Below, one piece after another: positions 1 to 8,900 of a stretch of DNA of 11,771 nt; the first letter of the stretch is position 1, and each line of letters begins with the position of its first letter. Where the stretch lies: the IMG/VR virus record IMGVR_UViG_2526164631_000020; one strand, given 5' to 3'. A program made the position numbers and the translations under genes. The notes beneath the pieces are model-generated. The model ran no database searches and was not told where the DNA came from. It saw nothing but the letters and a program-made list of their open reading frames with translations. Source of the stretch: a virus (taxonomy: Duplodnaviria; Heunggongvirae; Uroviricota; Caudoviricetes).

Positions 1-132
1 AGTGTGAAAGATATGACAATTACGGTAAACGGCGTGGCGACAGGTAAGGTGCAGATCCCTGTGGTGAGCGGAAATGGTCAGTTCGCCGCAGTGGCTGAAG
101 TCACCGTTACTGAAGCGGGCGCTGCAGGGTAA
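1..132 (+). CDS. V: Major tail protein V, C-terminal fragment (5' end lies outside the window)
   Basis: Frame is open from base 1 to TAA at 130-132 (translation ...[22 protein letters not shown]). It ends 13 nt before the G start, with SD GGAGG at 135-139 in between. Assignment is by position in the conserved lambda order V-G-T-H; the sequence itself was not matched to V. Confidence 0.5.
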   Translation, partial: SVKDMTITVNGVATGKVQIPVVSGNGQFAAVAEVTVTEAGAAG

Positions 133-145
133 ACGGAGGTAATAC

Positions 146-577
146 ATGTTTCTGAAAACAGAACAATTTGAATATAACGGTGTGTCCGTCACGCTTTCCG
201 AGCTGTCTGCGCTGCAGCGTATTGAGCATCTTGCCCTCCTGAAACGGCGTGCAGAACAGGCAGAATCCAGCGGCAACCTGCAGGTAAGCGTGGAAGATCT
301 CGTCAGAACCGGCGCGTTTCTGGTGGCGATGTCCCTGTGGCATAACCATCCGCAGAAAACGGCATCACCGTCAATGAATGAGGCTGTGATGCAGATCGAA
401 CAGGAGGTGCTCACCACCTGGCCTGCGGATGCCATTGCCCGGGCGGAAGATGTGGTGTTGCGTCTGTCCGGGATGAGCGGGGCTGTTCATGCGGATACTG
501 ACAGCACCGAAGTGGCGAAAAATAACGCGCTGACTGATGATGATTTTTCTGCGGGAAAGTCTTCGACGGCGAGCTGA
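146..577 (+). CDS. G: Tail assembly chaperone gpG
   Basis: 143-aa ORF with ATG at 146 preceded by SD GGAGG. Translation (MFLKTEQFEYNGVSVTLSELSALQRIEHLALLKRRAEQAES...) closely resembles lambda gpG as I recall it, and the size matches (lambda 140 aa). The slippery heptamer sits 6 codons before the stop. Confidence 0.9.
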   Translation: MFLKTEQFEYNGVSVTLSELSALQRIEHLALLKRRAEQAESSGNLQVSVEDLVRTGAFLVAMSLWHNHPQKTASPSMNEAVMQIEQEVLTTWPADAIARAEDVVLRLSGMSGAVHADTDSTEVAKNNALTDDDFSAGKSSTAS

Positions 578-1017
578 ATTTTGCCCTCAGACTGGCGCGA
601 GAGATGGGGAGGCCTGACTGGCGCGCCATGCTTGCCGGGATGACATCCACCGAATATGCCGACTGGCGACATTTTTACCGCACGCATTATTTTCACGATA
701 CCCAACTGGATATGCATTTTTCCGGGCTGACGTACGCCGTACTCAGCCTGTTTTTTTGCGATCCGGATATGCATCCCTCTGATTTCAGTCTGCTTGTCCC
801 CCGGCATGAGGAAGAGCAGGTGGAGAGGCTGGATGAGGACAAAATGCTGATGCAGAAAGCGGCAGGACTTGCCGGAGGCGTCCGGTTCGGTGGGGACGGA
901 GGGGGCGATATTTTATCGTCTGCGGATGTGGCGGATGTCATGGTGGATGATGCCGCATTAATGAGGGCTTCAGCGGGGATTCCAGGAGGTGTGAGATATA
1001 TCCCAGCCGGTTGGTGA
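146..1017 (+). CDS. T: Tail assembly chaperone fusion gpG-T, made by programmed -1 ribosomal frameshift (G frame 146-559, then T frame 559-1017)
   Basis: Heptamer G_GGA_AAG at 553-559 lies in the G frame near its end. The -1 frame is open from there to TGA at 1015-1017, and the ORF track shows the T-domain frame (604..1017) with no plausible independent start or SD. This is the conserved G/G-T arrangement of lambda-like phages. Confidence 0.8.
553..559 (+). promoter_or_regulatory. -1 programmed ribosomal frameshift slippery site (GGGAAAG)
   Basis: The sequence gcGGGAAAGtc reads A-G-K in the G frame (codons 551-559). A one-base slip back re-pairs the tRNAs on GGG AAA and continues in the T frame. 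Confidence 0.8.
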
Positions 1018-1063
1018 TCTTATTATTGACCTGAGTCTGGATGCGGTCCGTTTCGATGAGCAG

Positions 1064-2353
1064 ATGAGCCGGGTAAGGCGTCATTTTTCCGGACTGGAGA
1101 CTGACGCCAGAAAAACCGCCGGTGTCGTTGAGCAGAACCTGAGTCGTCAGGCGCTGGCTGCACAAAAAGCCGGGATTTCCGTCGGGCAGTATAAAGCGGC
1201 CATGCGAACCCTGCCCGCACAGTTTACGGATATCGCCACGCAGCTTGCCGGTGGTCAGAATCCCTGGCTGATCCTGCTGCAACAGGGCGGTCAGGTGAAG
1301 GACTCCTTCGGCGGGATGATCCCCATGCTCAGGGGGCTTGCCGGTGCGATCACCCTGCCGATGGTCGGGGTCACCTCGCTGGCGGTGGCGACAGGTGCGC
1401 TGGCGTACGCCTGGTACCAGGGGGATTCCACGCTTTCAGCGTTTAATAAAACCCTGGTTCTTTCCGGTAATCAGTCCGGACTGACTGCCGATCGTATGCT
1501 GACTCTCTCAAGAGCCGGGCAGGCAGCAGGGCTGACGTTTAACCAGGCGAGAGAGTCACTGGCAGCCCTGGTGAATGCCGGTGTGCGTGGTGGTGAACAG
1601 TTTGATGCCATCAACCAGAGTGTCGCGCGTTTTGCGTCTGCATCCGGTGTGGAGGTGGATAAAGTCGCTGAAGCCTTCGGGAAGCTGACCACTGACCCGA
1701 CGTCGGGACTGATGGCGATGGCGCGCCCGTTCCGTAACGTGACGGCAGAGCAGATTGCGTATGTTGCGCAGCTGCAGCGTTCCGGTGATGAGGCCGGGGC
1801 CTTACAGGCGGCGAACGAGGCCGCAACGAAAGGGTTTGATGACCAGACCCGCCGCCTGAAAGAGAACATGGGCACGCTGGAGACCTGGGCAGACAGGACT
1901 GCACGGGCATTCAAATCCATGTGGGATGCGGAGCTGGATATTGGTCGTCCTGATACCGCGCAGGAGATGCTGATTAAGGCAGAGGCTGCGTTTAAGAAAG
2001 CAGACGACATCTGGAATCTGCGCAAGGATGATTATTTTGTTAACGATGAAGCGCGGGCGCGTTACTGGGATGATCGTGAAAAGGCCCGTCTTGCGCTTGA
2101 AGCCGCCCGAAAGAAGGCTGAGCAGCAGACTCAACAGGACAAAAATGCGCAGCAGCAGAGCGATACCGAAGCGTCACGGCTGAAATATACCGAAGAGGCG
2201 CAGAAGGCTTACGAACGGCTGCAGACGCCGCTGGAGAAATATACCGCCCGTCAGGAAGAACTGAACAAGGCACTGAAAGACGGGAAAATCCTAGCAGGCG
2301 GATTACAACACGCTGATGGCGGCGGACGAAAAAGGATTATGAAGCGACGCTGA
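1064..2353 (+). CDS. H: Tail length tape measure protein H, N-terminal segment (the frame is open from 995 but has no ATG/GTG/TTG before 1064; the ORF is cut short by frame disruption near 2292-2330)
   Basis: 429-aa ORF, Ala/Gln/Glu-rich and coiled-coil-like (…RRHFSGLETDARKTAGVVEQ… …KAEQQTQQDKNAQQQSDTEASRLKYTEEAQKAYERLQ…), matching the lambda gpH N-terminal half as recalled. Located between T and M. Ends at TGA 2351-2353 after an aberrant tail (…KILAGGLQHADGGGRKRIMKRR*). Confidence 0.8.
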   Translation: MSRVRRHFSGLETDARKTAGVVEQNLSRQALAAQKAGISVGQYKAAMRTLPAQFTDIATQLAGGQNPWLILLQQGGQVKDSFGGMIPMLRGLAGAITLPMVGVTSLAVATGALAYAWYQGDSTLSAFNKTLVLSGNQSGLTADRMLTLSRAGQAAGLTFNQARESLAALVNAGVRGGEQFDAINQSVARFASASGVEVDKVAEAFGKLTTDPTSGLMAMARPFRNVTAEQIAYVAQLQRSGDEAGALQAANEAATKGFDDQTRRLKENMGTLETWADRTARAFKSMWDAELDIGRPDTAQEMLIKAEAAFKKADDIWNLRKDDYFVNDEARARYWDDREKARLALEAARKKAEQQTQQDKNAQQQSDTEASRLKYTEEAQKAYERLQTPLEKYTARQEELNKALKDGKILAGGLQHADGGGRKRIMKRR

Positions 2354-2373
2354 AAAAGCCGAAACAGTCCGGC

Positions 2374-3561
2374 GTGAAGGTGTCTGCGGGCGATCGTCAG
2401 GAAGACAGTGCTCATGCTGCCCTGCTGACGCTTCAGGCTGAACTCCGGACGCTGGAGAAGCATGCCGGAGCAAATGAGAAAATCAGCCAGCAGCGCCGGG
2501 ATTTGTGGAAGGCGGAGAGTCAGTTCGCGGTACTGGAGGAGGCGGCACAACGTCGCCAGCTGTCCGCACAGGAGAAATCCCTGCTGGCGCATAAAGATGA
2601 GACGCTGGAGTACAAACGCCAGCTGGCTGCACTTGGCGATAAGGTCACGTATCAGGAGCGTCTGAATGCGCTGGCGCAGCAGGCGGATAAATTCGCACAG
2701 CAGCAACGGGCAAAACGGGCCGCCATTGATGCGAAAAGCCGGGGGCTGACTGACCGGCAGGCAGAACGGGAAGCCACAGAACAGCGCCTGAAGGAACAGT
2801 ATGGCGATAATCCGCTGGCGCTGAATAACGTCATGTCAGAGCAGAAAAAGACCTGGGCGGCTGAAGACCAGCTTCGCGGGAACTGGATGGCAGGCCTGAA
2901 GTCCGGCTGGAGTGAGTGGGAAGAGAGCGCCACGGACAGTATGTCGCAGGTAAAAAGTGCAGCCACGCAGACCTTTGATGGTATTGCACAGAATATGGCG
3001 GCGATGCTGACCGGCAGTGAGCAGAACTGGCGCAGCTTCACCCGTTCCGTGCTGTCCATGATGACAGAAATTCTGCTTAAGCAGGCAATGGTGGGGATTG
3101 TCGGGAGTATCGGCAGCGCCATTGGCGGGGCTGTTGGTGGCGGCGCATCCGCGTCAGGCGGTACAGCCATTCAGGCCGCTGCGGCGAAATTCCATTTTGC
3201 AACCGGAGGGTTTACGGGAACCGGCGGCAAATATGAGCCAGCGGGGATTGTTCACCGTGGTGAGTTTGTCTTCACGAAGGAGGCAACCAGCCGGATTGGC
3301 GTGGGGAATCTTTACCGGCTGATGCGCGGCTATGCCACCGGCGGTTATGTCGGTACACCGGGCAGCATGGCAGACAGCCGGTCGCAGGCGTCCGGGACGT
3401 TTGAGCAGAATAACCATGTGGTGATTAACAACGACGGCACGAACGGGCAGATAGGGCCACAGGCGCTGAAGGCTGTTTATGACGTAGCCCGTAAGGCGGC
3501 AATGGATGTTGTGACCGGGCAGATGCGCGATGGTGGTCTGTTCTCCGGAGGTGGACGATGA
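2374..3561 (+). CDS. H: Tail length tape measure protein H, C-terminal segment (different frame from the N-terminal segment; frame open from 2317)
   Basis: 395-aa ORF (…QAELRTLEKHAGANEKISQQRRDLWKAESQ… …GGFTGTGGKYEPAGIVHRGEFVFTKEATSRIGVGNLYRLMRGYATGGYVG…) matching the lambda gpH C-terminal half as recalled. Its stop TGA 3559-3561 overlaps the M start ATG 3558 (ATGA), as at the lambda H/M junction. Confidence 0.8.
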   Translation: MKVSAGDRQEDSAHAALLTLQAELRTLEKHAGANEKISQQRRDLWKAESQFAVLEEAAQRRQLSAQEKSLLAHKDETLEYKRQLAALGDKVTYQERLNALAQQADKFAQQQRAKRAAIDAKSRGLTDRQAEREATEQRLKEQYGDNPLALNNVMSEQKKTWAAEDQLRGNWMAGLKSGWSEWEESATDSMSQVKSAATQTFDGIAQNMAAMLTGSEQNWRSFTRSVLSMMTEILLKQAMVGIVGSIGSAIGGAVGGGASASGGTAIQAAAAKFHFATGGFTGTGGKYEPAGIVHRGEFVFTKEATSRIGVGNLYRLMRGYATGGYVGTPGSMADSRSQASGTFEQNNHVVINNDGTNGQIGPQALKAVYDVARKAAMDVVTGQMRDGGLFSGGGR

Positions 3562-3887
3562 AAACCTTCCGCTGGAAAGTGAAACCCGGGATGGATGTGA
3601 CATCGGCTCCTTCCGTCAGGGAGGTGCGCTTTGGTGATGGCTATTCCCAGCGTGCGCCTGCCGGGCTGAACGCTGACCTGAAAACGTACAGCGTGACGCT
3701 GTCTGTCTCCCGTGAGGAGGCCACGGCGCTGGAGTCGTTTCTGGCAGAGCACGGAGGCTGGAAGGCCTTTCTGTGGACGCCGCCTTATGGTTACAGGCAG
3801 ATAAAGGTGACCTGCACAAAATGGTCGTCGCAGGTCAGTATGTTGCGTGTTGAGTTCAGCGCAGAGTTTAAACAGGTGGTGAACTGA
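3558..3887 (+). CDS. M: Minor tail protein gpM
   Basis: 109-aa ORF (MKTFRWKVKPGMDV…WTPPYGYRQIKVTC…LRVEFSAEFKQVVN), the same length as lambda gpM and very similar as recalled. SD GGAGGTGGA at 3547-3555; start overlaps the H stop. Confidence 0.9.
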   Translation: MKTFRWKVKPGMDVTSAPSVREVRFGDGYSQRAPAGLNADLKTYSVTLSVSREEATALESFLAEHGGWKAFLWTPPYGYRQIKVTCTKWSSQVSMLRVEFSAEFKQVVN

Positions 3888-4585
3888 TGCAGGATATCCG
3901 GCAGGAAACACTGAATGAATGCACCCGTGCGGAGCAGTCGGCCAGCGTGGTGCTCTGGGAAATCGACCTGACAGAGGTCGGTGGAGAACGTTATTTTTTC
4001 TGTAATGAGCAGAACGAAAAAGGTGAGCCGGTCACCTGGCAGGGGCGACAGTATCAGCCGTATCCCATTCAGGGGAGCGGTTTTGAACTGAATGGCAAAG
4101 GCACCAGTACGCGCCCCACGCTGACGGTTTCTAACCTGTACGGTATGGTCACCGGGATGGCGGAAGATATGCAGAGTCTGGTCGGCGGAACGGTGGTCCG
4201 GCGTAAGGTTTACGCCCGTTTTCTGGATGCGGTGAACTTCGTCAACGGAAACAGTGACGCCGATCCGGAGCAGGAGGTGATCAGCCGCTGGCGCATTGAG
4301 CAGTGCAGCGAACTGAGCGCGGTCAGTGCCTCCTTTGTACTGTCCACGCCGACGGAAACGGACGGCGCTGTTTTTCCGGGACGTATCATGCTGGCCAACA
4401 CCTGCACCTGGACCTATCGCGGCGGTGAGTGCGGTTATCACGGTCCGGCGGTCGCGGATGAATATGACCAGCCAACGTCCGATATCACGAAGGATAAATG
4501 CAGCAAATGCCTGAGCGGTTGTAAGTTTCGCAATAACGTCGGCAACTTTGGCGGCTTCCTTTCCATTAACAAACTTTCGCAGTAA
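3887..4585 (+). CDS. L: Minor tail protein gpL (tail tip assembly, C-terminal Cys cluster)
   Basis: 232-aa ORF, the same length as lambda gpL. Start ATG 3887 overlaps the M stop (TGATG). The C-terminus carries the Cys motif C..C(x5)C..C (…DKCSKCLSGCKFRNN…) that is consistent with the Fe-S cluster site of gpL. Confidence 0.9.
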   Translation: MQDIRQETLNECTRAEQSASVVLWEIDLTEVGGERYFFCNEQNEKGEPVTWQGRQYQPYPIQGSGFELNGKGTSTRPTLTVSNLYGMVTGMAEDMQSLVGGTVVRRKVYARFLDAVNFVNGNSDADPEQEVISRWRIEQCSELSAVSASFVLSTPTETDGAVFPGRIMLANTCTWTYRGGECGYHGPAVADEYDQPTSDITKDKCSKCLSGCKFRNNVGNFGGFLSINKLSQ

Positions 4586-4590
4586 ATCCC

Positions 4591-5334
4591 ATGACAGAGA
4601 CAGAATCAGCGATTCTGGCGCACGCCCGGCGATGTGCGCCAGCGGAGTCGTGCGGCTTCGTGGTGAGAACGCCGGAGGGGGAAAGATATTTTCCCTGCGT
4701 GAATATTTCCGGTGAGCCGGAGGATTATTTCCGGATGGCTCCGGAGGACTGGCTGCAGGCAGAGATGCAGGGTGAGATTGTGGCGCTGGTCCACAGCCAC
4801 CCCGGTGGTCTGCCCTGGCTGAGTGAGGCTGACCGGCGGTTGCAGGTGCAGAGTGATTTGCCGTGGTGGCTGGTCTGCCGGGGGGCGATTCACAAGTTCC
4901 GCTGTGTGCCACATCTTACCGGGCGGCGCTTTGAGCACGGGGTGACGGACTGTTACACGCTGTTCCGGGACGCTTACCATCTGGCGGGGATTGAGATGCC
5001 GGATTTTCATCGTGAGGATGACTGGTGGCGTAACGGTCAGAATCTCTATCTGGATAATCTGGAGGCCACAGGGCTGTATCAGGTGCCGTTGTCAGCGGCG
5101 CAGCCGGGCGATGTGCTGCTGTGCTGTTTTGGTTCATCGGTGCCGAATCACGCCGCAATTTACTGCGGCGACGGCGAGCTGCTGCACCATATTCCTGAAC
5201 AACTGAGTAAACGAGAGAGGTACACCGACAAATGGCAGCGACGCACACACTCCCTCTGGCGTCACCGGGCATGGCACGCATCTGCCTTTACGGGGATTTA
5301 CAACGATTTGGTCGCCGCATCGACCTTCGTGTAA
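4591..5334 (+). CDS. K: Tail tip assembly protein gpK (MPN/JAMM-like plus NlpC/P60-like domains); an alternative internal start at ATG 4735 gives the 199-aa form annotated in lambda
   Basis: 247-aa ORF. JAMM-type motif HSHPGGLPWLSEAD (H-x-H-x7-S-x2-D) at codons 68-81 (nt 4792-4833). Downstream there are Cys/His-containing stretches (…GVTDCYTLF… and …NHAAIYCGDGELLHH…) typical of NlpC/P60 peptidases. Overlaps the I start by 103 nt, as in lambda. Confidence 0.85.
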   Translation: MTETESAILAHARRCAPAESCGFVVRTPEGERYFPCVNISGEPEDYFRMAPEDWLQAEMQGEIVALVHSHPGGLPWLSEADRRLQVQSDLPWWLVCRGAIHKFRCVPHLTGRRFEHGVTDCYTLFRDAYHLAGIEMPDFHREDDWWRNGQNLYLDNLEATGLYQVPLSAAQPGDVLLCCFGSSVPNHAAIYCGDGELLHHIPEQLSKRERYTDKWQRRTHSLWRHRAWHASAFTGIYNDLVAASTFV

Positions 5335-5873
5335 AAACGGGGGCCGAAGCTATCCGTGCGCTGGCCACACAGATCCCGGCGTTTCGTCAGAAACTGAATG
5401 AGGGCTGGTATCAGGTGCGCATTGCCGGGCGTGATGCAGGCGAAACCGAATTATCTGCCCGTCTTAATGAGCCGCTGGCAAATGGTGCCGTGATCCACAT
5501 TGTGCCGCGTCTGGCGGGTGCCAAAAGTGGCGGTGTTTTTCAGGCAGTGCTGGGTGCGGCGCTGATTGCTACGGCAATCTGGATGCCGGGAATCAGTATC
5601 GCTTTCAGTGACATTCTCTTTTCTATGGGGGCAGCGATGACGCTTGGTGGTGTTGCACAGATGCTGGCTCCTAAACCCCAAACCCCCCGAACGCAGACAA
5701 CGGATAACGGCAAACAGAACACCTATTTCTCCTCACTGGATAACATGGTTGCCCAGGGCAATGTTCTGCCTGTTCTGTACGGTGAAATGCGCGTGGGGTC
5801 ACGCGTGGTTTCTCAGGAGATCAGCACGGCAGACGAAGGGGATGGTGGTCAGGTTGTGGTGATTGGTCGCTGA
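5232..5873 (+). CDS. I: Tail tip assembly protein gpI
   Basis: 213-aa ORF beginning inside the K 3' end (the K/I overlap conserved in lambda). N-terminus MAATHTLPLASPGMARICLYGDLQRFGRRIDLRVKTG…, a hydrophobic central segment, and C-terminus …VLYGEMRVGSRVVSQEISTADEGDGGQVVVIGR. Appears about 10 codons shorter than lambda gpI by recollection. Confidence 0.85.
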   Translation: MAATHTLPLASPGMARICLYGDLQRFGRRIDLRVKTGAEAIRALATQIPAFRQKLNEGWYQVRIAGRDAGETELSARLNEPLANGAVIHIVPRLAGAKSGGVFQAVLGAALIATAIWMPGISIAFSDILFSMGAAMTLGGVAQMLAPKPQTPRTQTTDNGKQNTYFSSLDNMVAQGNVLPVLYGEMRVGSRVVSQEISTADEGDGGQVVVIGR

Positions 5874-5891
5874 TGCAAAATGTTTTATGTG

Positions 5892-5911
5892 AAACCGCCT
5901 CCGGGCGGTTT
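5892..5911 (+). other. Intergenic stem-loop between I and J (possible attenuator or RNA-processing structure)
   Basis: Perfect 8-bp inverted repeat AAACCGCC (5892-5899) / GGCGGTTT (5904-5911) with a 4-nt loop, followed by a T-rich but interrupted tract (ttgtcgttta). Confidence 0.3.
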
Positions 5912-5933
5912 TGTCGTTTATGGAGCATGACGA

Positions 5934-8900
5934 ATGGGCAAAGGAAGCAGTAAGGGGCATACCCCGCGCGAAGCGAAGGACAACCTGAAGTCCACGCAAC
6001 TGCTGAGTGTGATTGATGCCATCAGCGAAGGGCCGATTGACGGTCCGGTGGATGGATTAAAAAGCGTGCTGCTGAACAGTACGCCGGTGCTGGACAGTGA
6101 GGGGAATACCAATATCTCCGGTGTCACGGTGGTGTTCCGGGCTGGTGAGCAGGAGCAGACTCCGCCGGAGGGATTTGAATCCTCCGGCTCCGAGACGGTG
6201 CTGGGTACGGAAGTGAAATACGACACGCCGATCACCCGCACCATCACGTCGGCAAACATCGATCGTCTGCGTTTTACCTTCGGTGTGCAGGCACTGGTGG
6301 AAACCACCTCAAAGGGGGACAGGAATCCGTCGGAAGTCCGCCTGCTGGTTCAGATACAACGTAACGGTGGCTGGGTGACGGAAAAAGACATCACCATTAA
6401 AGGCAAAACCACCTCACAGTATCTGGCATCGGTGGTGGTGGGTAACCTGCCGCCGCGCCCGTTCAATATCCGGATGCGCAGGATGACGCCGGACAGCACC
6501 ACAGACCAGCTGCAGAACAAAACGCTCTGGTCGTCATACACCGAAATCATCGATGTGAAACAGTGCTACCCGAACACGGCACTGGTCGGCGTACAGGTGG
6601 ATTCGGAGCAGTTCGGCAGCCAGCAGGTGAGCCGTAATTATCATCTTCGCGGGCGCATTCTGCAGGTGCCGTCGAACTATAACCCGCAGACGCGACAATA
6701 CAGCGGTATCTGGGACGGAACGTTAAAACCGGCATACAGCAACAACATGGCCTGGTGTCTGTGGGATATGCTTACCCATCCGCGCTACGGCATGGGGAAA
6801 CGTCTTGGTGCGGCGGATGTGGATAAATGGGCGCTGTATGTCATCGGCCAGTACTGCGACCAGGCAGTGCCGGACGGCTTTGGCGGCACGGAGCCGCGCA
6901 TCACCTGTAATGCGTACCTGACCACACAGCGCAAGGCGTGGGATGTGCTCAGTGATTTCTGCTCGGCGATGCGCTGTATGCCGGTATGGAACGGGCAGAC
7001 GCTGACGTTCGTGCAGGACCGACCGTCGGATAAGGTGTGGACCTATAACCGCAGTAATGTGGTGATGCCGGATGATGGCGCGCCGTTCCGCTACAGCTTT
7101 AGCGCCCTGAAAGACCGCCATAATGCCGTTGAGGTGAACTGGATTGACCCGAACAACGGCTGGGAGACGGCGACAGAGCTTGTGGAGGATACGCAGGCCA
7201 TTGCCCGTTACGGTCGTAACGTCACGAAGATGGATGCCTTTGGCTGTACCAGCCGGGGGCAGGCACACCGCGCCGGGCTGTGGCTGATTAAAACAGAACT
7301 GCTGGAAACGCAGACCGTGGACTTCTGCGTGGGCGCAGAAGGGCTTCGCCATGTGCCGGGCGATGTCATTGAAATCTGTGATGATGACTATGCCGGTATC
7401 AGCACCGGTGGTCGTGTGCTGGCGGTGAACAGCCAGACCCGGACGCTGACGCTCGACCGTGAAATCACGCTGCCATCCTCCGGTACCACGCTGATAAGCC
7501 TGGTTGACGGAAGTGGCAATCCGGTCAGCGTGGAGGTTCAGTCCGTCACCGACGGCGTGAAGGTAAAAGTGAGCCGTGTTCCTGACGGTGTTGCTGAATA
7601 CAGCGTATGGGGGCTGAAGCTGCCGACGTTGCGCCAGCGCCTGTTCCGCTGCGTGAGTGTCCGTGAGAACGACGACGGCACGTACGCTGTCACAGCCGTG
7701 CAGCATGTCCCGGAAAAAGAGGCCATCGTGGATAACGGGGCGCACTTTGACGGCGACCAGAGCGGCACGGTGAATGGTGTCACGCCGCCAGCGGTGCAGC
7801 ACCTGACTGCCGAAGTCACCGCAGACAGCGGGGAGTATCAGGTGCTGGCGCGATGGGACACACCGAAGGTGGTGAAGGGCGTGAGCTTCCTGCTCCGTCT
7901 GACCGTAACAGCGGACGACGGCAGTGAGCGGCTGGTCAGCACGGCCCGGACGACGGAAACCACATACCGCTTCACGCAACTGGCGCTGGGGCGTTACACG
8001 CTGACAGTCCGGGCGGTAAATGCGTGGGGGCAGCAGGGCGATCCGGCATCGGTATCGTTCCGGATTGCGGCACCGGCAGCGCCTGTCACTATTGAACTGA
8101 TACCAGGGTATTTTCAGATAACAGCGGTCCCGAAACTGGCTGTATATGACCCGACGGTGCAGTTTGAGTTCTGGTTCTCGGAAAAGCGGATTATCGATAT
8201 CAGGCAGGTTGAAACCAGCGCGCGTTATCTTGGTACGGCGCTGTACTGGATAGCCGCCAGTAGCAATATTAAGCCGGGTTATGATTATTACTTTTATATC
8301 CGCAGCGTGAACACCGTAGGTAAATCGGCATTTGTGGAGGCCGTCGGTCGGGCGAGCGATGATGCGGAAGGTTATCTGAATTTTTATAAAGGGTTGATCA
8401 ATAAAACGCATCTCGGCAAGGAACTGCTGGAAAACTTTGAGCTGACGGAGGATAACGCCAGCAAACTGGAGGAGTTTTCGAAAGAGTGGAAGGACGCTAA
8501 CGATAAATGGAATGCCATGTGGGGCGTCAAAATTGAGCAGACCAAAGACGGCAAACATTATGTCGCGGGTATTGGCCTCAGCATGGAGGACGCGGAGGAA
8601 GGCAAGCTGAGCCAGTTTCTGGTTGCCGCTAACCGTATCGCGTTTATTGACCCGGCAAACGGGAATGAAACGCCGATGTTTGTGGCGCAGGGCAACCAGA
8701 TATTCATGAATGACGTGTTCCTGAAACGCCTGACGGCCCCCACTATTACCAGCGGTGGCAATCCACCGGCATTTTCCCTGACACCGGACGGAAAGCTGAC
8801 TGCTAAAAATGCGGATATCAGTGGCAGTGTGAATGCGAACGCCGGGACGCTCAACAATGTCACGGTAAATGAAAACTGTACGATTAAGGGCATGCTGGAG

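Noticed and set aside
3791-4912. 373-codon minus-strand ORF overlapping L and K
   Set aside because: Same codon-register artefact over L (and chance continuation into K); the translation is Pro/Arg/Ala-rich and not protein-like; the + strand is fully occupied by conserved tail genes.
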